Part shown: positions 1 to 5,468 of the stretch, in pieces
Numbering within the stretch: the stretch's first letter is position 1
Layout of the letters: each line of letters begins with the position of its first letter
NCBI GenBank assembly: GCA_028703095.1
Contig: JAQVNO010000001.1
Coordinates: forward strand, 1-63,013
Length of the DNA stretch: 63,013 bases
Direction: 5' to 3'
Source: Bacteroidales bacterium
Lineage (GTDB): Bacteria; Bacteroidota; Bacteroidia; Bacteroidales; WCHB1-69
The notes under the pieces: generated by a model
What the model saw: only the letters and a program-made list of their open reading frames with translations
The model's database searches: none
What the model was told of the DNA's origin: nothing
Made by a program: the position numbers and the translations under genes

Positions 1-11
1 GAAAAAAATTG

Positions 12-19
12 TACTTTTG
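12..19 (+). promoter_or_regulatory. Bacteroidota -7 promoter box (TAnnTTTG)
   Basis: tacttttg sits within gtacttttgc. The same extended word precedes the rluA-like, rluB-like, topA, ferredoxin and methyltransferase genes in this window. Confidence 0.45.
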
Positions 20-23
20 CCCA

Positions 24-102
24 TGAGTAAATGTGTTAAATTTCGAAGTACAAATTTACTCAAATGAGAAAGGAGGTTTAATTATCTCCTTCTCTTTTTT
101 TT
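24..102 (+). ncRNA. candidate short non-coding transcript (two hairpins, intrinsic terminator)
   Basis: It starts a few nt after the -7 box. Stem 24-32/54-62 is followed by terminator stem 66-76/85-94 plus T8. The only ORF is 14 codons (23-67). Confidence 0.3.
66..102 (+). terminator. Rho-independent terminator
   Basis: gagaaaggagg / tctccttctc forms a stem with one bulge and an 8-nt loop. It is followed by T8 (95-102). Confidence 0.7.
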
Positions 103-469
103 ATTTTTTTATCGGACAATAGTGAAAAAGAATATGTATTGTTGATAACATTTGTCTATGTGACCCAATGTCCAAATAATTTAATGAATTAAAAGATATT
201 ATAATTTCCTTTTTAAAAAAATAAAACATATAATAGGTGATATTTATTTCTTGTTTGTCTTCATCTATAATAATTAATTCAACAGGAGTATAGGTTGTAT
301 ATATTTCTGATATTAAGATTAGAATAAAACTTACGGATATTGCATATAAAACATTAACCCCTATTAACCAAATTCCAGGAATTGCTAATAAGGAGACCCA
401 AAAAATAACACTTAAAATAAATCTTGTTGGGATAGACAAAATATTATATTTACGTTCAAATATTTTCAT
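101..469 (-). CDS. small membrane protein, candidate immunity protein for the upstream Rhs-type toxin tip
   Basis: 122 aa, starting 6 nt after the toxin ORF stop. It has two to three hydrophobic helices (FILSVIFWVSLLAIPGIWLIGVNVLYAISVSFILILI). I recognise no other motif. Confidence 0.55.
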   Translation of the reverse strand: MKIFERKYNILSIPTRFILSVIFWVSLLAIPGIWLIGVNVLYAISVSFILILISEIYTTYTPVELIIIDEDKQEINITYYMFYFFKKEIIISFNSLNYLDIGSHRQMLSTIHILFHYCPIKK

Positions 470-475
470 GCTATT

Positions 476-1300
476 TTAAAATTTTGTAAATATTGAACCT
501 TTAGGATAGCATTTGAATTCCGGATGGGTTGCTTCATGAATCAAATATATGAAAAATCCAACCGAAGTAATTGTTGCCGCCCAACCAAAAATAGTAGAAG
601 TTTTAGGAGATTTTAAATTAGAAACTCCTGCCTTTTCTGCTACTATATTCCCCACAGATGTTGCAATATTTGCTCCCGTGAAAAACATATCTAAAAAATT
701 ATTATTATTTTCAGCCATTCCATAACCTAATCCTTCAGCTATTTGTTTATAACCAATAATCCCTTGTGTAAGACCTCCCATTACCAATGGGATAGCTAAA
801 TTAGAAAGCATCCCTTCAGAACCTATTCCAAGTGTAAAACCATCTATAGCCATAGTTGCACCTCCTACTATATTTGATGCTCCAAAAATAATATTACCCC
901 AATCTACATTTGTTGTTACTAATGGATTAAAACTAAACATATCCGTAATTGCTCCATCATAGGTAACTGTTCCTTCAGCAGTTTTTCCTCCATTTTCATG
1001 GCTTTTTGCAAACGTAACGGTTTGAGTTTCTTCACCACCTAAGTCACTTATCCAAATTAATTCTTTTGTTTCAATGTCATAAACCCATTCATCATCATTC
1101 ATCCCCGTCGGATCAACAAACATTACAGGATTATTCGCACAATAGGTATAAGGTGAAATAGAAGGATATTTCTCAAACATCATAGTTTTAAGGCTGCATA
1201 CTTCTAAATCTTCCCAAATCACCCCTCCCTTCCCTCCCCAAGTGGGGAGGAACTGCGGTAGCGCGTATTGTGAGAATGTTGCCTTGTAGGTTTGGTTCAT
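476..1300 (-). CDS. orphan, 5'-truncated RHS repeat-associated core end plus polymorphic C-terminal toxin domain (Gly-zipper rich)
   Basis: YPSISPYTYCANNPVMFVDPTG is the Rhs core-closing PxxxxDPxG motif, but no YD repeats lie upstream. The C-terminal ~205 aa are Gly/Ala/Ile-rich with GxxxG spacing. The first ~30 codons are built from a REP-like element. Confidence 0.7.
   Translation of the reverse strand: MNQTYKATFSQYALPQFLPTWGGKGGVIWEDLEVCSLKTMMFEKYPSISPYTYCANNPVMFVDPTGMNDDEWVYDIETKELIWISDLGGEETQTVTFAKSHENGGKTAEGTVTYDGAITDMFSFNPLVTTNVDWGNIIFGASNIVGGATMAIDGFTLGIGSEGMLSNLAIPLVMGGLTQGIIGYKQIAEGLGYGMAENNNNFLDMFFTGANIATSVGNIVAEKAGVSNLKSPKTSTIFGWAATITSVGFFIYLIHEATHPEFKCYPKGSIFTKF
1233..1250. repeat. 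REP-like GC hairpin (cctcccc-aagt-ggggagg) inside the 5' end of the Rhs-tip ORF
   Basis: A 7-bp perfect stem. It is part of a ~48-nt element (1216-1262) that recurs inverted at 1443-1492. Confidence 0.7.
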
Positions 1301-1321
1301 TTTTTATATGATTTCGGTTTG

Positions 1322-1329
1322 CAAATGTA
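1322..1329 (-). promoter_or_regulatory. -7 promoter box for the Rhs-tip ORF
   Basis: caaatgta on + equals TAcaTTTG on the minus strand. It lies 22 nt upstream of the start codon at 1300. Confidence 0.5.
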
Positions 1330-1456
1330 CATAAAATTGACTAATTACACACAGACGGATAAAAATATTTCAAAAATTTATAGAGGAAAAATACAAATAA
1401 ATTATATCGGTTTACAAAAAAATGATTGTTTGTTGTAACCTTCTCGCCCTCGCAAG

Positions 1457-1474
1457 TCTCCCCAGTTGGGGAGA
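1457..1474. repeat. REP-like GC hairpin (tctcccc-agtt-ggggaga)
   Basis: A 7-bp perfect stem. It is the inverted partner of the 1233-1250 element. Confidence 0.7.
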
Positions 1475-1503
1475 TTTAGAGGGGTGGGTTTTTGCAAATA
1501 TAT

Positions 1504-1518
1504 CACCCCTACGGGGTG
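1504..1518. repeat. REP-like hairpin cacccc-tac-ggggtg
   Basis: A 6-bp stem with a tac loop, preceded by caaatatat. This unit is shared with 1556-1572. Confidence 0.65.
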
Positions 1519-1555
1519 AAAAAACGGAAATCTAATCCTTTTTTCTACAGATATG

Positions 1556-1572
1556 CAACTCCTACGGAGTTG
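1556..1572. repeat. REP-like hairpin caactcc-tac-ggagttg
   Basis: A 7-bp stem with a tac loop, preceded by cagatatg. It is the second copy of the cctacgg-type unit. Confidence 0.65.
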
Positions 1573-1745
1573 AAGAGAAAATTACGAATTGTTAAAGAAT
1601 GAATTAGGTTGTATGTAGCATTTGTAAGGGAGAGGATTCTATCGGGCAAAAGAAATCCCTCTTATCGAATGTGTGTTTATGAGTTCCCACGTCCGTTCGC
1701 AGGACGTCCCAAGCCCGTTAAAAGGACTTCCCTTACTTCTTCAAC

Positions 1746-1761
1746 TGAGATTGCAATCTCA
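1746..1761. repeat. 16-nt perfect palindrome tgagattgcaatctca
   Basis: Read directly from the sequence. It shares the core gagattgcaatctc with 1766-1785. Confidence 0.85.
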
Positions 1762-1765
1762 ACCC

Positions 1766-1785
1766 AACGAGATTGCAATCTCGTT
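1766..1785. repeat. 20-nt perfect palindrome aacgagattgcaatctcgtt
   Basis: Read directly from the sequence. Its centre is 22 nt from the centre of the first palindrome. Confidence 0.85.
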
Positions 1786-1900
1786 TCAACGAGCATGGGA
1801 GCTCCTTGCAACGACTCCCCATGCTCCGACGAAAAAGATAGGCACGGCATTTTTATGAACTCGGAAGCTGACAACTATCAGCTGTTAGTATTTTAGAGCC

Positions 1901-1924
1901 TTGCATCAAGTTTAATTCTTAATT
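1901..1924 (+). repeat. 24-nt direct repeat copy 1 (ttgcatCaagtttaattcttaatt)
   Basis: Matches 2361-2384 at 23 of 24 positions. Confidence 0.8.
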
Positions 1925-2103
1925 CATCATAATTAACCGCAGAGGACGCAGAGTTTTTACGCAAAGAACACAAAGAGATATACACAACCTACCCTTATTT
2001 TTCGGAACGAAAAAACCGTCTTTAGTCTTTCGACCTTAGACTTTTGTCTTAACTATTAACTGATTTCTCCTCCCCGGAAATTAGCATGCGTGCAAACCAT
2101 AAA

Positions 2104-2117
2104 AACCAAGCGTGGTT
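2104..2117 (+). repeat. 14-nt direct repeat/hairpin aaccaagcgtggtt, copy 1
   Basis: Identical to 2170-2183. Each copy folds as aacca-agcg-tggtt. Confidence 0.75.
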
Positions 2118-2169
2118 CGAACAAAAACCTAACGTGCAAATGATAAAAACCATGCATGCTTCTTACAAG

Positions 2170-2183
2170 AACCAAGCGTGGTT
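2170..2183 (+). repeat. 14-nt direct repeat/hairpin aaccaagcgtggtt, copy 2
   Basis: Identical to 2104-2117. It is followed by a T-run (2184-2188). Confidence 0.75.
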
Positions 2184-2257
2184 TTTTAATTTTCCTTTTT
2201 TTTAATCCTAAAAAACCACATGCCTCGATTTACTCAGCCTTGTAATTAGGTTTACTC

Positions 2258-2305
2258 AATTGCGTAAGTCTGCTTACTCAACTGAGTAACTCAGCTTACG
2301 CAATT
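2258..2305. repeat. 48-nt near-perfect palindrome (nested hairpin)
   Basis: The outer 11-bp stem is aattgcgtaag / cttacgcaatt. Inside it are ctg/cag and ttactca/tgagtaa pairings. Confidence 0.8.
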
Positions 2306-2312
2306 TTGCAGA

Positions 2313-2343
2313 GTAAGCGGGTGAATGTAAATCACCTGCTTAC
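2313..2343. repeat. 12-bp hairpin gtaagcgggtga / tcacctgcttac
   Basis: One G-T pair and a 7-nt loop. It reuses the gtaag/cttac word of the preceding palindrome. Confidence 0.7.
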
Positions 2344-2360
2344 ATATCAGCGTTAATCCG

Positions 2361-2384
2361 TTGCATTAAGTTTAATTCTTAATT
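2361..2384 (+). repeat. 24-nt direct repeat copy 2 (ttgcatTaagtttaattcttaatt)
   Basis: Matches 1901-1924 at 23 of 24 positions. Confidence 0.8.
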
Positions 2385-2461
2385 TTTAATTGATTCTACG
2401 CTTTTGCAGGTGAATCTATAATTTTTTTTTACTTTTTTTATCTTTCATTTTAGTTTATGTG

Positions 2462-2469
2462 TATTTTTG
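2462..2469 (+). promoter_or_regulatory. -7 promoter box for the ABC module
   Basis: tatttttg, 58 nt upstream of ATG 2527. Confidence 0.5.
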
Positions 2470-2526
2470 CCGATTATTTAATAAACCTTTTATTTGAATG
2501 TTCTTACATATTTAAAATTAAAAAAT

Positions 2527-3411
2527 ATGATACAAATCAATAATTTAACCAAAGATTTCGGTAACAGAAAAGGGGTGTTTCACATTACATTCAACATTAA
2601 AGAGAAAGAAGTTTTCGGCTTTTTGGGTCCCAATGGTGCAGGAAAAACAACTACCATACGCCATTTGATGGGATTTTTAAATGCCGATGCGGGCGAATGC
2701 ACCATTAATGGAATGGAATGCAGGCATCAAACTGCTGCCATTATGAAACAAGTGGGGTATTTGCCGGGAGAATTAGCCCTTTTAGACGCTATGACAGGCA
2801 TGCAATTCTTTCAATTTATGGCTAAGTTGCGTCAACAAACAGACCTCTCGTTGTGTCGTCAGCTCATTGAACGTTTTGAATTAGACAGCAGTACGAGCAT
2901 TAAAAAAATGTCGAAGGGAATGAAACAAAAAGTAGCTGTAATCACAGCATTTATGCACGACCCTCAGATACTTATTTTGGATGAGCCCACTTCGGGTTTG
3001 GATCCCTTGATGCAAATAGAATTTGCTAAACTCATCAGCGAAGAAAAAAATAAAGGAAAAACCATCCTTATGTCCAGCCATAATTTTGACGAAGTCGAAA
3101 AAAATTGTGATACCATCGGCATCATACGGGCAGGCGAAATGGTGTGCATCGAAGACATTCATAGCATACGGCAGAAAAAACGGCAAAACTACACCCTTAT
3201 ATTTTCCGATACGGAAGAAGCCTCGAAATTCGTCAACAACACACACTTTGCTTTCGGACAACTAACCGATGCAAGCGTGGAAGTAAAAGAAATCAACAAT
3301 TTAAATAATTTAATCAAAGAATTAAGCAAGTATAAAATAATAGATATCCAATCGGAAAAATATTCATTGGAACATTTATTTATGCATTATTATGGAGGAA
3401 GCAAATCATGA
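2527..3411 (+). CDS. ABC transporter ATP-binding protein
   Basis: Walker A GPNGAGKTT, signature MSKGMKQK, Walker B ILILDEPTSGLD, H-loop SSHN. The ORF opens at TTG 2494, but I prefer the first ATG at 2527. Confidence 0.9.
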   Translation: MIQINNLTKDFGNRKGVFHITFNIKEKEVFGFLGPNGAGKTTTIRHLMGFLNADAGECTINGMECRHQTAAIMKQVGYLPGELALLDAMTGMQFFQFMAKLRQQTDLSLCRQLIERFELDSSTSIKKMSKGMKQKVAVITAFMHDPQILILDEPTSGLDPLMQIEFAKLISEEKNKGKTILMSSHNFDEVEKNCDTIGIIRAGEMVCIEDIHSIRQKKRQNYTLIFSDTEEASKFVNNTHFAFGQLTDASVEVKEINNLNNLIKELSKYKIIDIQSEKYSLEHLFMHYYGGSKS

Positions 3412-4214
3412 AACTAAGCTCATTATTAAAATTTAATATCAAACAAAATTATGGCATTTTCACTATCATTTCCGGAGTGATGATACTCTATGTAACCGTA
3501 ATTATTAATATGTACGACCCGAAAGGATTGGATGAATTAATCGCTTTGGCAAACTTTAAAATGTCGTCGGAATTAATGACTGCTTTCGGATTTAACATCG
3601 ACGTAAACGCTTCCTTAGTAACAATGGTAGCTTCTTATTTTTACGGCATGTTAATTTATTTTGTTCTTATCATTTATGTAATCATGGTAAGCAACCGCTT
3701 GATAGTGGAACATGTAGATAAAGGTTCTATGGCCTATCTGCTGTCGACACCGCATACTCGCATACAAATAGCAAGCTTTCAAGCGATATTCTTTATTGCA
3801 AGCATTGCTTTGCAAATTCTGATACTCACCCTTGTCGGATGGGCAGCTTCGGAAGCTTCTTTTCCGGGTTTATTAGATGTGAACGCTTTCTTTATGTTAA
3901 ATCTTGGTGTATTTTTACTCTTTGCAGCTTTAAGCGGCATTAGCTTTTTGGCTTCTTGTATCTTTAATGAAACTAAAAATGCCCTCGCACTTGGGGCAGG
4001 ACTACCGCTTGCTTTTATTATTATCGATATTTTAGCCAATGTGGATGAAAAATTAAATGTATTGCATAACTTCACCCTCATAACTCTTTTTGATTCCGAT
4101 GCCATTATTGCAAACGGTGCCTATGTAGTTAATTTTTTCATTATGGCTACTATTTCCATTTTGCTTTATATTTCAGGTATATGGATATTTTCTAAAAGAG
4201 ACCTCTCTTTGTAA
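3408..4214 (+). CDS. ABC-2 type permease
   Basis: ATGA start/stop overlap with the ATPase gene. About six hydrophobic helices. Confidence 0.75.
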   Translation: MKLSSLLKFNIKQNYGIFTIISGVMILYVTVIINMYDPKGLDELIALANFKMSSELMTAFGFNIDVNASLVTMVASYFYGMLIYFVLIIYVIMVSNRLIVEHVDKGSMAYLLSTPHTRIQIASFQAIFFIASIALQILILTLVGWAASEASFPGLLDVNAFFMLNLGVFLLFAALSGISFLASCIFNETKNALALGAGLPLAFIIIDILANVDEKLNVLHNFTLITLFDSDAIIANGAYVVNFFIMATISILLYISGIWIFSKRDLSL

Positions 4215-4328
4215 ATCGAATACATAAAAAATCCTAAACAAGCTTATTATTTATTTTCTTTAAAAAAATATTTTTAAAAAAAAACATAATAAAATTTAAA
4301 AATAGTATAATTGTATATTTGAATTATT

Positions 4329-4336
4329 TATCTTTG
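4329..4336 (+). promoter_or_regulatory. possible -7 box upstream of the peroxiredoxin gene
   Basis: tatctttg, but ~207 nt from the ATG. This would imply a long leader, so confidence is low. Confidence 0.3.
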
Positions 4337-4542
4337 CATAAAATTTAAACGCTAATCATCGTGATTCGTAAAGATAATTATTAACAAATTAAAACATTAA
4401 AATACAATATTTAATTACACAAATAAAATATTTTCTTTAATAAACTATTCATTAGAAAAACAAAATAACATTCATTAGATTAGAATTTAGTGCGAAATTT
4501 GAAATGAATTCATATAATAAATAACATTAAACATTAATTATC

Positions 4543-5250
4543 ATGGAAGAACAAGTATTTTTTATGCCGCGTATAGGCGAAAAAGCCCCTGAATTTAAAG
4601 CTACTACTACACAAGGAGAGATTAATTTTCCGGACGATTACAAAGGAAGTTGGGTTATATTCTTCAGTCATCCTGCTGATTTTACACCTGTCTGCACTTC
4701 AGAATTCATGACTTTCGCTACCATGGAGAAAGCCTTTAACGAAGCTAATTGCAAACTTCTTGGACTTTCCGTAGATGGTCTTTACAGTCATATTGCATGG
4801 TTACGTACCATAAAAGATAAAATCAAATATAAAAAAATGAAACATGTGGAAGTTACATTTCCGTTAATTGAAGATATTACCATGGACATTTCCAAAAAAT
4901 ACGGAATGATTATGCCGGGAGAAAGCAGTACAAAAGCAGTACGAGCTGTTTTTGTGATTGACCCAAAAGGTTTTATTCGAACTATCATTTATTATCCGCT
5001 TAGTTTAGGTCGTAACTTCGACGAATTATACCGTGTAATCATTGCCTTACAGACTGCAGATGCTTTTAATATAGCTACTCCTGCCGATTGGCGTCCCGGC
5101 GATGATGTTATCGTTCCAACAGCCGGCTCTTGCGGTGCTGCTAAAGAAAGAATGGAAAGCAAAGATGAAATGCGTTGCTACGATTGGTTTTTCTGTACAA
5201 AAAAATTAGAAAAATCGCTTATTAACAAAAAAATTATTAAAAATAAATAA
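4543..5250 (+). CDS. peroxiredoxin (Prx6/1-Cys-like group)
   Basis: FSHPADFTPVCTSEF is the peroxidatic-Cys motif. There is a Cys-containing C-terminal tail (SCGAAKE...RCYDWFFC). An alternative start is at MPRIGEKAPEF. Confidence 0.9.
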   Translation: MEEQVFFMPRIGEKAPEFKATTTQGEINFPDDYKGSWVIFFSHPADFTPVCTSEFMTFATMEKAFNEANCKLLGLSVDGLYSHIAWLRTIKDKIKYKKMKHVEVTFPLIEDITMDISKKYGMIMPGESSTKAVRAVFVIDPKGFIRTIIYYPLSLGRNFDELYRVIIALQTADAFNIATPADWRPGDDVIVPTAGSCGAAKERMESKDEMRCYDWFFCTKKLEKSLINKKIIKNK

Positions 5251-5270
5251 GTGCTCTTTATCTATATAAT

Positions 5271-5303
5271 AAGGAGAATAGAGCTTTTCTATTCTCCTTT
5301 CTT
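5271..5303 (+). terminator. Rho-independent terminator after the peroxiredoxin gene
   Basis: A 12-bp stem aaggagaataga / tctattctcctt with a 5-nt loop, followed by a T-rich tail. Confidence 0.7.
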
Positions 5304-5436
5304 GTTATAATCAAATACATTTTTTTTTAATGTTACTACATAAAAAATATTATAATACATGCACGATTGATTATTTTTTTTCTTTTTTTTCCTTAAAACA
5401 ATAGATATCCCTCCCCTATTATTTCTATTTTTTTCT

Positions 5437-5444
5437 TATCTTTG
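5437..5444 (+). promoter_or_regulatory. -7 promoter box for the P-type ATPase operon
   Basis: tatctttg, 25 nt upstream of ATG 5469. Confidence 0.55.
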
Positions 5445-5468
5445 CAAATATTTTAACTAAAAATTCAT

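Noticed and set aside
1609-1896. Three overlapping ORFs (95, 61 and 65 aa on both strands) inside the non-coding island.
   Set aside because: They are assembled from palindromes and hairpins, which keep both strands open. They have no promoter box or sensible start context, and their composition is unlike the neighbouring genes.
2104-2123. tggttcgaac resembles a tRNA T-loop (GGTTCGAA).
   Set aside because: There is no complementary T-stem, acceptor stem or anticodon arm around it. It is part of the repeated aaccaagcgtggtt hairpin.
2881-3265. Antisense or alternative-frame ORFs inside the ABC ATPase gene. Similar shadow ORFs occur inside other long genes. These are the P-type ATPase (5795-8044), MscS (9525-9953) and GLUG (19071-19484) genes. 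They also occur in leuS (23070-24641), hppA (45429-46588) and the S8 peptidase gene (49108-49413).
   Set aside because: They lie fully within strongly supported genes, lack promoter boxes and have no recognisable motifs. They are typical shadow ORFs.
4215-4542. A 328-nt AT-rich spacer before the peroxiredoxin gene, considered as a possible long structured leader or OxyR/PerR site.
   Set aside because: Only one weak 5-bp hairpin (aatca-tcg-tgatt) was found, and I could not recognise a convincing palindromic operator. The distant TAnnTTTG match may not be the real promoter.
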